The notes under the pieces: model-generated
Told to the model about the DNA's origin: nothing
Database searches by the model: none
Seen by the model: only the letters and a program-made list of their open reading frames with translations
Program-made: the position numbers and the translations under genes
From: Vermamoeba vermiformis
Taxonomy: Eukaryota
Direction: 5' to 3'
Length of the DNA stretch: 64,000 nucleotides
Assembly (NCBI GenBank): GCA_045837725.1
Contig: JBEWZL010000272.1
Location: forward strand, 124,001 to 188,000
In this document: piece by piece, positions 1-12,138 of the stretch
How the letters are laid out: each line of letters begins with the position of its first letter
How positions within the stretch are numbered: position 1 is the first letter of the stretch

Positions 1-54
1 AAAATATTTAAATTGAATGCACGCAAGACCACATATAATTGTGTAATATACAAA

Positions 55-844
55 ATGTCCAACCCCTTTCAAGATATTCTACAAACTGCACAAAAACTTG
101 GATACTCCATCCCCGAACCAGTATGCATTATTTACTAGCAGTGATAGTTGTATTAATATTTACATAGGCGAATGACAATAGCAACATCGCATTTTTGAAA
201 TTGCTGAAGCAAATAAGGCAATTAAGGACGGAAATTCAAACCACATCTAATCAAATTAAGCAACGCGAGATATTATCTCAAAATTACGACGTGCTTGCAA
301 AGGAATATGTCGGTGAGTAGCAAATAATCGGATATATTTCCACATTAACACCATCTAACGTTACAAAATGCAGAGGACAAGATCGAAACCCTAAGAACAC
401 TGAGCGCGCATTTGAATAATATTTTGAAGAACAAAGACGTGTTAATTTCATATTTACAACAACCTTTTGCTGGCGATTTTGTCGTGGTAGAAGCTGATAA
501 CCAACAGTAAGTTTGCTCTCGCTCTAACAGTAATTGCGAGACCCTTACTTAATGTATAATTATTTAGGCACGTGTACGAATTATTTGTCCAAATGCGAGA
601 CGGTATTAGAAATCTTTCGAAGCATCTGGAGCTGATCGACTGGGCTTCGAGTTTTAATTTGAACGACGGTGTATTGGTGCGTAATAAGAACGACAACACT
701 TAGTTACACATGATACTGATACGAAATATTTAATAGGAACGAACGTTAAACTCATTGACCGCTTTCTTAGCCAAGTGTCAGCGGTACAGCGAATCTCTGC
801 AGCAGATGAAGCAGACGGTTTTGAGCTTGGAGCAAGTTTACTAA
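55..844 (+). CDS. HAUS2/AUG2-like augmin complex subunit (5 exons)
   Basis: The spliced reading gives MSNPFQDILQTAQKLGY...LNNILKNKDVLISYLQQPFAGDFVVVEADNQQHVYELF...IDWASSF. This resembles the HAUS2/AUG2 core (NKD..I..LQQP.....vEA.yQ). GT-AG introns, stop TAA at 842-844. Confidence 0.7.
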
Positions 845-1042
845 GCAACACAGTGTACAATTTGTATATAAACGAATACGAGGCTGCTTCGGGAAGCCGT
901 TGCGCTGAAACAAATTTAAAAAATTTTTGAAGCGAAAAAGGGCGGGAAAGATTTTGGCTCGCGTTATTGGCGACAATCGGCATTTTATTGTTTTAAACCT
1001 GTTAACAAAATATAATTCGCTGGATATGCCATATTGTAAATA

Positions 1043-4000
1043 ATGGAAGACACTCTAGTTGCTGGCATCCAGTTCTCCTTGAATAATTACTTGCATGACA
1101 ATGCTCTGTTTTTAGCGGAGCGGTTGCGAGCCTGCGTCAAGAATGAAACATCTCTATATCAATTAGGAACTGTTTACTTGCAAATGGGCAAGATAGCGAA
1201 GGTAAAACCGCATCTAAAAATTATTAACTGGCGCCAAATTTATTCAAATTTGTATTTGGAATATATTGGTGCATAATATTGTAGCTATATTATTTTTGTA
1301 TCGTATGTACGGCAAGACGTAATTTTATTCAATAATCGAATTAAGATCTTTTCTGATCCCGGATTGTAGGCCTATGAAGTGTTGAAGGACGCGCAATCCG
1401 AAGAAAATAGATATTTATTTGCATTAATTGCATTTAAACTTCAAAAATACAAAGAGGCAGAGTCATCATTGCTCGAGAGCGTGTCCCTGACAACAACAGC
1501 GCAAGGCATTCCCGAGACTGTTCCTAACGGTGCTGCCGGCTTCAATTTGCTCGGCATGATCTATAAGTAAGAGAATACGACATCAGCTGTTCCCAGATTC
1601 CTTATCAAATTCTTTTCAGGGCACAAAATATACAGATGAAAGCGAAGCAGTGCTTTACGAAGAGTTTGGAAATGAACCCGTTTCTTTGGACATCATACGA
1701 AGCCTTATGCTCATTAGGTCCGTATAAGCCTTATAATAGTGTTACGTAGCTAATATTGTTCCAGGCGAGGACGCGGATCCTGAGGTCTTCTTTGGTGCTG
1801 ATGAAAGTGCACTTGAAGATCATATGCAGTTACTTAAGAACACACGCGAGAGCGCGGAATTGACCCTACCGCTGCCCACAAAGAAAATGGAAGTTGACAG
1901 TAGCCTCGAACACACTGCAACCAAAAGGTACGGGATCGATGTTAGTACTTTGCAAACAGCTGACACGTTCTACCAGTCTATCATTCAAAACACCAAACGC
2001 TCCTGCAGCCCTTAAAGCAAAACGAGGCGATCAAATATCAACACCCGCGATTGCTCGACGGCTAATCCTAACAAACAAATTTGGTCACGTACAATCACCG
2101 TTTTCAAAGGCTGAAACCTCACCACGAACACCGCACGATGGGTACGTTAGGCAGTTTGCAACTACCTTATTAACAGACGCACAGCAAACCAACACCAAGC
2201 AAATTGAGCACTCCAGGAACACCTGGCACGTACATCACGCCCAAAATCGTTCCGGTAAGTTATATTCAGCAACGAGGTCCGAAACAGTCCGCTTTCTCGA
2301 CTCCAACAAGCTTCCATAGCTCAGTCGGCAGAGCGTTCGGCTGTTAACCGAAAGGTCCCTGGTTCGAACCCAGGTGGGAGCGAATTTTTTTTGCCTCTTG
2401 CTCTTCTGCTCTTTTTTTTGTTATTTGTACGTTCGTTTTGTCTTACCATTATGTCCACTGTAGGGCAAGGTTCACATCTCGTTGCGAGCAAGGAAGAACC
2501 AAGGTGAAGCGGAGGTCCCGGTGGTATGTCCCAAGTTTTGCTCCAATTGCCCTTTAACCTCCATATACGCACAGGGACGACTTTTTACGCCGTCAGGAAG
2601 CACAGCTAAGAGATCCAGTGCTCGTTTGTTCAACCAAGAAAAGGTAAGTTAGTCAGATCTGGCGCACTCCTCGATCCATGATCCACGCCTAACGCTTCTC
2701 TTAGGAAGCAAACACGCACGGTCGTACTCCTCCCATTCACAGCAACGTCACCACTCGCACAACTGCGCCTGTCAAACCAACCGCACCAAAGAAATCGCTC
2801 GCGAAGGGTGTCAGCATCCGACCAAAATCGCTCCGCTTGATTGATTCTGAAAACAATACTGATGTACATAATAACGCCACTCCTGGTCGTAAAGAAGATG
2901 TATTGGAACAGTTCAAAGAAGAGGCGATGCAAATCGATTTTATGGTGGACAATCCTGCCACAGACAGCGGATCTTGCTCAACAACTTCAACTGCGATTAC
3001 AATTAACGGTACCAATACCAACACAGCTACCTCATCTAGCGGCACTGTTACTATTGAAGGCACCGTAGAAGTGCTTACACTATTGCGAACATTCGCCGAA
3101 GCGTACAGACTGCTTTCAAGGTACGGATCACATCCGGATCTTACGCGCTATAATCTGACAACTCCTTTAGATACGAATGCCAAGCAGCTATTCGAGCCTT
3201 CCATCGATTACCTCAAGTGCACTTCAACTCGTCTTGGGTCATGACTATGGTCGCTAAGGCTCATTTTGAATTGGCCAAGTATCAAGAGGTCCGTACTGAC
3301 TCATTTTCTTGCCAACATTGAAACTAACGAATATAACGGTTAGGCAAAGCAACTGTTCCAAGAAGTTAGACGAATGGAGCCTTACAGAACTAACGGCATG
3401 GAAATCTTTTCCACGATCTTGTGGCACTTGCGCAATGAAGTAGATCTGTCATACTTGGCACACGAGCTGCTCAAATACGATCATGAAGCCCCTGAATCTT
3501 GGTGCGCTGTCGGCAACTGTTTCGCACTTCAAAAAGAACACGAAACTGCGCTCAAGTTCTTCCAACGAGTAAGTCCAAATTAACGTACCGAAAAGGCCGG
3601 ATCCAGTACTTACTTCTCATAGGCCCTTCATCTTAACCCTGAGTTTACATATGCCTATACTTTGTCTGGCCACGAATACGTAGCCACTGATAATTGGGAG
3701 AAGGCCCTCGCTTGCTTCAGAAACGCTTTGAGATTGGATCCGCGCCACTACAATGCATGGTAAATTCGAGCAATAGTTACTTAGTGATAGCAATATTTAA
3801 CCAATATTTGTTGCAGGTATGGTCTTGGCATTATTTATTATCGCCAAGAAAAGTTTACAATGGCCGAACATTACTTCAAAAAAGCGCTCGCAATCAACAA
3901 GTACAACTCGGTCTTGTACTGCTACATTGGCATGGCACTGCAAGCACAAGGCAAGCCTCGCGAGGCCTTGCGAGAGATGAACACGGCGTTGAGTATTGAC

Positions 4001-4285
4001 CCGCGCAATAGCTTGGCTAAGTTCAAAAAGGCAAGCGTACTGACGAGTCTCGGAGAATACCCGAAAGCCCTGGAAGAATTGGAAATGTTGCAGGATTGGG
4101 CGCCGAAAGAAGCACCGATCTTGTACTTAATGGGTCGTATTTATAAGAAGCTTAATAAGCTCAACGAAGCGATGAACTGCTTTTCTATGGCGCACGACAT
4201 TGATTCAAAACATCCGATGATCAAAGCAGCCATTGAAAAATTAAATCAAAAAGATGAGCCTGACGAGCCCGATGAATTAATTTAA
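1043..4285 (+). CDS. CDC27: Anaphase-promoting complex subunit CDC27/APC3 (TPR protein, multi-exon)
   Basis: N-terminal NALFLAERL and NPFLWTSYEALCSLG motifs. C-terminal TPRs include EPYRTNGMEIFSTILWHL, PESWCAVGNCFALQKEHETALKFFQRA, YAYTLSGHEY and DPRHYNAWYGLG. Confidence 0.95.
2310..2382 (+). tRNA. tRNA-Asn(GTT), inside CDC27 intron 2255-2463
   Basis: Acceptor stem GCTTCCA/TGGGAGC, D arm GCTCAGTCGGCAGAGC, anticodon arm TTCGG-CTGTTAA-CCGAA, T arm CCTGG-TTCGAAC-CCAGG. 73 nt, no encoded CCA. Confidence 0.97.
2385..2392 (+). terminator. RNA polymerase III terminator (T run) of tRNA-Asn
   Basis: T8 run starting 3 nt after the discriminator base. Confidence 0.8.
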
Positions 4286-4669
4286 ATCGAGCTCTGTATT
4301 GTAATTTCGAATTAAACTTGTACAACAAGCACAATAAATTCATTCCTCAATCTTTCTCTTATTGTTTCGCATTATTAATAAAAACTCTGGTCAACAGCCA
4401 AACCTTTTGTTGAATGATCGAGTTAGAGCAAGCACTCAAAGGACCTACAGGCACGATACCATCAGGTACATTATTAATCGGCAATTGTAGGTGCTAATCC
4501 TTTTAGCTTCTATTTTTTCATTTCCGAAATTCTATTATTTTGTGTAGTTTTTATTAATTTTTACTGTGATAATTTTGCATTTATACAACGAATACGACAA
4601 CATCGCTTCAGATTGATAATTTTAAAAATTAATTTGAATTTTTCGTTTTCCAGATTATTCACCAGAAAA

Positions 4670-6289
4670 ATGGCCAAAGAGGCTACTACCAGCGAAGAAG
4701 TACAGTACTTGATTGACTCAAGTTCAAACGAAGAGTTTGAAATCCTCGCTACTGATTTGGAAATTAGTTTGCATTACGCGACGCACCCTCCACTGGAAAA
4801 TGCCTTAAGATCCACTCGTTCACTGAAAACCCTAGATATTTTTTTTGAAAGCATGCCACCATGCTATGGAATTATTGATGCGTTGCTTAATAACGGATCC
4901 ATTCATACTTTTACGGCAACATTCGACGAAGAATCGTTTGACGGACATTTAACCAAATCTGGAACTATATTTGGGGCACTAGTATTAAATACCAAGACTA
5001 TTACCAGCTTGAAGATCCAACGCACATTTCGGATGCAGAAAAGTTACGAAGAATTTTGTACCGGCTTGGAAATGAACCAATCATTGACGAGCTTGAGTTT
5101 GAGCGATTGTTTTGTAACGGACGCGGCATTGAAATCTATTTCTAGTGCACTCAAGCACAACACTACATTGAAGTCGTTGGATCTGAGCGTTAACTCTTTC
5201 GAGATTGAAGGATGCAGATATTTGGGAGAGTTATTAAAGAGTAATACAGCATTGGATTATTTGAACTTGAGCAATTGCGTTGTTCCGTTAGAAGGCTGGA
5301 AAGAGTTTTTTGGCGGATTGAAAATGAACTCTTCTTTGACGGAACTAAACTTGGCACAGAATAAAATGAGCGATATTGAAGTCTGTCACTATATGAACGA
5401 TATGCTGAAGAGTAATAAGACACTAGTGAACATCGATTTGAGCGGAAACGGAATCGGATCTGATGGTCTGAATAATTTGTTTCGAGATATTGACTTCAGA
5501 GGCTCAGGTGGATTATTAACAAGCATCAACTTACGCAACACAAAATTAGATTCAAAATGCTGCGAAACACTGGCCAAGTATGTTTCAGTGAACGACAAAA
5601 TGACAGAACTGGAGCTGTCGTTCAACAATATCAGCGCTGAAGGATGCAAATGGCTCGGCACCATGCTGAAACACAACAAAGCACTCACCACGCTGAATAT
5701 GACGCACAACAAGATTGGATCAGAAGGAGCACAATGGCTCGCTGACGGACTGAGAGTGAACACTCGCTTGTGTTACGTTGTGCTGCAAGACTGTGCGATC
5801 AAATCAGAGGGCTGCACACACCTCGCTGCAGCACTTGCAGTCAATCCGTGCTTGATGCATGTCAATCTGAATGGCAACGACATTGGTGCGCAAGGATGTG
5901 CAGCACTCGTTGCAGCGATGCAAACGAACCAATCAGTGACAGAGCTGTCCATCACCAAAGACAAGAAGATCAGTGCTGCGTCGTTAGAGCAGCTGATTGA
6001 TGCGCAGAACAGGAACAAACGTCATCAACGAGCATTGATCTCGAATGTGATGACAACACTCGTCAACATGGCACGCAGAGCTGAAGACTTGGTGTCGCTG
6101 CTTCCATTGGAGATTTGGCTGCACGTGTTCAAGCACGTGGTGTGTGGCGGAGTGCCAGGCTTTGATCAGATTGCACTGGAGCTGTTCACCAATCAGATTG
6201 ATTGTCGTGACATTGCTTCGCTCGTCAAAATGAAAATTGTTCGCAAACGTGGCAAAAGTGTTCTCGCTAAGCCTTCCAACGATGATTAA
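4670..6289 (+). CDS. Intronless RNI-like leucine-rich repeat protein with a C-terminal F-box-like motif
   Basis: About 28-aa repeats of the type LKHNTTLKSLDLSVNSFEIEGCRYLGEL. LPLEIWLHVFKHV lies near the C-terminus. Single ORF; first ATG at 4670. Confidence 0.88.
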   Translation: MAKEATTSEEVQYLIDSSSNEEFEILATDLEISLHYATHPPLENALRSTRSLKTLDIFFESMPPCYGIIDALLNNGSIHTFTATFDEESFDGHLTKSGTIFGALVLNTKTITSLKIQRTFRMQKSYEEFCTGLEMNQSLTSLSLSDCFVTDAALKSISSALKHNTTLKSLDLSVNSFEIEGCRYLGELLKSNTALDYLNLSNCVVPLEGWKEFFGGLKMNSSLTELNLAQNKMSDIEVCHYMNDMLKSNKTLVNIDLSGNGIGSDGLNNLFRDIDFRGSGGLLTSINLRNTKLDSKCCETLAKYVSVNDKMTELELSFNNISAEGCKWLGTMLKHNKALTTLNMTHNKIGSEGAQWLADGLRVNTRLCYVVLQDCAIKSEGCTHLAAALAVNPCLMHVNLNGNDIGAQGCAALVAAMQTNQSVTELSITKDKKISAASLEQLIDAQNRNKRHQRALISNVMTTLVNMARRAEDLVSLLPLEIWLHVFKHVVCGGVPGFDQIALELFTNQIDCRDIASLVKMKIVRKRGKSVLAKPSNDD

Positions 6290-6356
6290 TAAAATTAAGA
6301 AATTCTTGGTACAAAGCCAATATTTATTCAGTGAAAAGTGTTCGCCTATCGTTGAG

Positions 6357-8843
6357 TTACAAGATCAAACTCACGATCAACAACGCTAACGAGATTAAAG
6401 GTCTTAATACAATTGACTCGCTAACTTTACCAGCTTCAGCAGGAGGTTGGCTCTTGGTGGGTCCATTGGAGCCTTTGACAGGTGCACTTGAGTGTGTTGG
6501 CTCAGATCCGGTAGGTTGGTTGGCGTCAGCAGGAGCGTTTGACTGATTTGGAGCGCTAGATTGAGTTGGTGTGCTGGACTGCGTCGGAGTGTTGGATTGA
6601 GTTGGAGTGTTAGACTGAGTAGGTGCATTAGTGCCAGGGACATTAGCACTGCCTGGAGCGTTGGGGCTCGAAGGAGCACCGGGACTGGTACTGCCGGAGG
6701 GTGAATTGGTGGAACTCGGGGCTTGTTGAGAAGGACTGTTTTGATTCGGCGAAGGCGATGGTGTGTCAGGGACGGGAGGAACAATCGTTGCGTTGGCAAT
6801 TTCGTAGATTCCGATGCGACCATCGGCCCACAATGCGTGAATAAACAGGCCTGACACATCAACGTAGACTGCTGCCACACTCTCGGAAAGTTCCAAGATG
6901 TATTGCTGAGGAGGCGATAAACTGAGTTGAATGACAGTGATTGACGTAGGTTCTAGCACGGCAACAACTCCACTACGCGCGGACATGTCCAAAATGTTAG
7001 TGAAATCTTGTGTCACCGAAATGTCCGCTGAGATGCTGTAGATGTTCAAGGTGTTGCCGACAGTGAATACAGCGACATCTGAGAGGAGTTCAAAGTGCGT
7101 GTAGTCGACGGGCACGTCTCGTGTGAAGTCACGTGTCAAGCCTGTCAAATTATGGCCAGTCAAAGAGTAGAGGGTAATGTCGTCACAAACAACGATGCTC
7201 GTGTCGCTGTCCAATGGGTAGAGACTTTGAATGGTGCCTTGGAAGTGGTCAATGCCATAGACATGAGTATCAGCCACGAACAAAAAGTTATCACCGCACA
7301 CTGCGATCTGACGCGGTTGATACACATTGATGTCCGTTGTATCGATCGAGTCTCCAGTGATAGAAATGCATCGAACGAGACCTCCTGCCAATGCGCAGTA
7401 ATAGGAGCTGCCTACAACAAAATCGACGTCGATTGCTCTCTTTTGTGAAACGAGATCCAAGGCCAAAGTCTTGCAGATCGGATCCGCTGGACAGGTCGAT
7501 GTAGCCTCTGCAGTTCCAGAGATTTGATATGCGCCACCCAAACCATTGGCATAATGTTCAATAGCATGATGATCGAACGCGTCAGGTGATTGGTCAATGA
7601 AGTACAAGTCGTCGGATGAAACTTGAGTGATACCTCCGTTGGCAATATGAAAGACTGCGCCAGGAATGTTGAACAAAATGTTGTCAGAGCGAACAGATGC
7701 GTACAATTCGAAGAAATTGTTGCAAGACGCGCCTGAAGACAAACCTAAGCGGAGACTGGACAGAATTTCAGGAAAACCTTCGTTGTTGCACTGTTGAACT
7801 GCATCGCGGGCAGACCAAATGCTCAGACGTGGAACAATATCGGATTCATAGACGTAGGAACTGAAGTTGGGGAAGTCGACGGTGGATGTAGCAACACGTG
7901 GCGTTCCAAAACCAAAGCCTTGGACATTAGGAACGACGTCCATTGAAGAGATTAGTGAGAATGGAAGCAACAGCAGCACCACTTGAATGGCCAGTGATGA
8001 ACAGCGATGAAAATCTGGAGGGTAGATCTTCCATGCCGTAGACTTGCATGATCTGGTTGAAGATTCTAACAGCACGCCAGTAGTAACCTGAGTGGACGTA
8101 GCCGTTATTCCAATTACGTAGCGCTAGAACGAGTATCAGTGAGCCAATCCAAAGGATTATCATTTCCCCGAAGCACAATGACAATCGCATCCAAACACAG
8201 ATCTTCGACGAGCACCCAGTCTTGAGTCACGGAGTTTTGTTGGACAGCTAGGACTACGCTACCATCAATAGTAGAATCTGACAGCGTCACAGCACGATTA
8301 TAAGTCTGGGTAGTGTAGGCAGCCATGGCATACATCGACATCCGCAGCGGAACATTGTCAGATTGGCACTCGAATTGTGGGCAAGTGAAAGAAGTACAGT
8401 CGAGAAGAAAGAGCTGTAGGAAGGCCAACTCCGGTGCACGTATTGTCGGGGTACTGGAACATATAAACTTCCGCACTTCTGCATCTGAATCTAACGAAAG
8501 GTGTGGGGTCTGCGGAGAACATCAGGCAAGCTGAAGGCGTGAAGTAGAATGTAGTGCTAGAAGTAGGATCGCACTGGCCTTGGGAGTCTTTAGACAGCTG
8601 TTCGAGGACCAACTCGTTGATCGCTGCCGCAGGTACATCCGTCTCGCAGTGGCCTTCAAGTGAAGTACCAGCGCCATAAACAAGCGCGTTACTCGTGGTA
8701 CAGGTAATGTTAGAAGAGCATGTTGACGAAACGATCGTGAAAACAACGTCTCCACTGCAAGTTCCATCGTTGTAGATTCGGGTCACTTGCTGCTGAGCGT
8801 GGCAAGCAACTAAGTGCAATACAAACAGTATTAGTATGCGCAT
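6357..8843 (-). CDS. Secreted, probably GPI-anchored class-3 lipase-fold protein with a Cys-rich N-terminus and Ser/Thr/Pro stalk; three +1 frameshifts (possible pseudogene)
   Basis: Signal peptide MRILILFVLHLVACHA. Lipase motifs lie in successive frames: IVIVLRGNDNPLDWLTD, then VHSGY...ITGHSSGAAVA, then GFGTPRV...DIVPRL. Hydrophobic C-terminus. Confidence 0.8.
6540..6632 (-). repeat. Imperfect 18-nt coding tandem repeat (PTQSNT-like, about 5 units) in the stalk
   Basis: Translation APTQSNTPTQSNTPTQSSTPTQSSAPNQSN. Confidence 0.85.
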
Positions 8844-9715
8844 CTTCGGTGTTGTGTTGTGGTGCTTAGCAAAACGAATAGCATAAGACTGAACAATTCG
8901 CCACTGCCTGAAATAAATCTTTCTTCACCAATTCGCTTTTCAGTTCACAAATCTAGTTTTCCGATGAATTCTTTTTACTCAAAACCTTTGCACGAAGTTG
9001 TCGATGTTAAAGTGATTCCTACTACTTTCACTTTGATAAAGTCTTATTGAACTAACTCGAGACAAAATTAAAGTTAACAATCGAGCAGATGATACTTGTT
9101 CTCAGGCACTCCCTCATTACACAACGATATCATATAGAGTAACCGCCAGTAGCTCTTCAACGTTCACAATTCGCTTTTGAAAGTCGGGATTTGTTCGTAG
9201 AACTCACACTTTGAATCAACGGTTGACATGTACGACACGGCTGAAACAAACAAGCGAGCGAAAGTAAAGACTTACAGTTGTAGCGTAAACTATCCCTGTA
9301 CTATAGTAGTACTGTCACCAAGATAGCCAGGGTGCAGCTTGAATCGAACTTCGGAACATCTCCGCTAGTGTCAATCTGTCACGATGCCAGTCCCCTCTAA
9401 AATCTGCGGAACACTTCATAAGATAATAACGGCACAGATGATTTAATGGTCGTGCTCGTTTTGCACACCCGTGCAATAGTGCCACCACCAAGGCCCCCTT
9501 GACTTTAAGAACTTAATTTCAAGAACAACTACTACCAATAAGTGCGCGATGAGCGGCAAGTATGAAATACGCGGCGACGTGTCAATCTGGCTTCTAGAAG
9601 ATAAAGTTTTACACGTCACCAGAAAAATCTCGAAATCCACACCGATAATATTATCACTCTCATTGAGTTAAATAGAGCAACACGAACGTAATATAATACT
9701 ATTAATTACGAAAAA

Positions 9716-10743
9716 ATGGAAATGGGCGATTTGTCAAAAAATCAAAAGGAAATGGTACGTGCGTACTTAGCCAAAGTTTGCAATCAAGAACGAACTCAAT
9801 CGTTAAAAATAGGTGTCAAAATTATATCAATTATCGTTACGATTTTTGCAAATAATTTCGAGTTGGCTGGGCTTCTTAAATTGCCAGATCTTAAATTGCT
9901 GATTGATAAAATTTGTTTAGATGCTTACCGGCCAGCTGTATTATTCTGGGGGCCAAGAACTTGTTGAAGAACGAAATGCAGCTCGTCGTATCATTAAGAA
10001 ATACAATGATACTGATCCAGATCAAACTGAAGAACGACAGGCCCTATTGAAGCAATTATTAGGCAGTATGGGAACAGATTGCTTTTTAGAAACACCTCTT
10101 AGATGCGATTATGGATACAATATTCATCTCGGTAAGAGACTAACAAATTTGTCGATCTGACACTGAAGAATACTCAAAACTGACGCACTTACTAATTAGG
10201 AAACCGCGTGTACATGAACTTCAATGCCGTTATATTGGATTGCGCTAAAGTTGAAATTGGTTAGTAAATTTTCTACGATATTCCTTGGCGTACACATGCT
10301 GATCTGCTCACTGAATCTAGGTGACGACGTCATGTTTGCTCCGAACGTTCAAATCTACACGGCCACCCATCCTACTGGTAAGTACTGTTATACGAATAAC
10401 ATGACTGTTAGACGAATAAGATTAGTCGAAAAAATTGACTTACCTGACTCGTGTTAGATCCCGAACTTCGATGCTATCCCAACCTCTGGGAGCAAGCCAA
10501 GCCCATCAAAGTAAGTGAAATCAGTCATGCTTGCCGACGTGTCTGACTAACGCTTGATTTTAGATCGGCAACAAAGTGTGGCTCGGCGGTGGAGTGATCG
10601 TGTTGCCTGGTGTCACGATCGGCGACAACACGACGATTGGTGCGGGCAGTGTTGTGACCAAAGATATTCCTGCCAACTGTGTCGCTGTTGGTAATCCGTG
10701 TAAAGTCGTCAAGTACTTGCCTGTGAAAGAAGAACAGAAATAA
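9716..10743 (+). CDS. Maltose/galactoside O-acetyltransferase (hexapeptide repeat), copy 1
   Basis: [88 protein letters not shown]. 5 introns. Confidence 0.93.
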
Positions 10744-11142
10744 AATGCCGTTTGCACTTTTACTGAAATTACAAGCACTTACCTTCCCCAACGTTGGGAA
10801 GCCTCCTGTGCATCGAGAATATCACAATCCATCACTGCCATTTATAGCCAAGCACAACGTGCGGGCAAAGCAGCAAGGCCAACACCAAGCACTCGTATGT
10901 CGGATGCATGTTATAGCGGACAACGGACATAGAGCGTTGATAGGTGTTAATCGTGATCTCGATAGTTATGGCACGGTCAAAGTGGTATTATGACTGCGAG
11001 GCTAGTTCGAACTGTGCACAATTTAATAGGTACACATTCAGTCGAGCTCACATCCTCCAAAAACTGACAAAATCATGAAAATCATTTCAGTAATCGAACG
11101 TTATCAACAACAACGCAAGCTTATTTTAATAAAAATTACGAA

Positions 11143-12138
11143 ATGGGCGATCTGTCAAAGAATCAAAAGGAAATGGTACGTTGTATTCTGGATCTGGTTG
11201 GATCAAATAGTTTTGACATGTTTTAGTAATTAATTGTCCAACTATAATTTTATCAAAAATTATTTTTAAACGCAGATTCGATCTGGGTTTGGATCTACAT
11301 CCAGATCGCTGATAAAAATTTGTTAGATGCTTACCGGCCAACTGTACTTCGCCAATGGGCCAGAATTAACCGGTGATCGATACGCCGCTCGTCACAAGGC
11401 CAAAAAATACAACGACACAGATCCAGAACAAAGCGAGCTGCGGAACGCCCTGTTGACGGAATATATGGGTAGTATAGGAAAAGATTGTTTTATAGAAACA
11501 CCATTCAGATTCGACTATGGCTATAATATTCACATTGGTAAGATCTGAAACAAACAAAAAAATGTGGATTCGGTAAACAAAAATGCACCAAACTTACGTA
11601 TCTCCATTGGTAGGTAATCGCGTCTATATGAACTTCAATGTAACTATATTGGACTGCGGCCGAGTTGACATTGGTGAGTACACATTCTTCGGATGTCAAA
11701 TGTCTCGATCTGCTAGTTAACCCAATCACCAGGTGACGACGTCATGTTTGCTCCGAACGTCCAACTCTTTACTGCCACTCATCCTACTGGTAAGTACTGT
11801 TATACGAATAACATGACTGTTAGACGAATAAGATTAGTCGAAAAAATTTGACTTACCTGACTCGTGTTAGATCCCGAACTTCGATGCTATCCCAACCTCT
11901 GGGAGCAAGCCAAGCCCATCAAAGTATGTGAAATTAGTCATGCTTGGCAACGTGTTTGACTAACACTTTGTCGTAGATCGGTAACAAAGTGTGGCTCGGT
12001 GGTGGAGTGATCGTGTTGCCTGGTGTCACGATTGGCGACAACACGACGATTGGTGCGGGCAGTGTTGTTACCAAAGATATTCCTGCCAACTGTATTGCCG
12101 TAGGAAACCCGTGTAAAGTCGTGAAATCTTGCCTGTAA
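11143..12138 (+). CDS. Maltose/galactoside O-acetyltransferase, tandem copy 2
   Basis: Same motifs and intron positions as copy 1. The C-terminus is slightly shorter (VKSCL-stop). Confidence 0.92.

Noticed and set aside
10745-10993. 82-aa ORF between the acetyltransferase copies
   Set aside because: No recognisable motif; it starts immediately after the copy-1 stop and is probably 3' UTR or intergenic.
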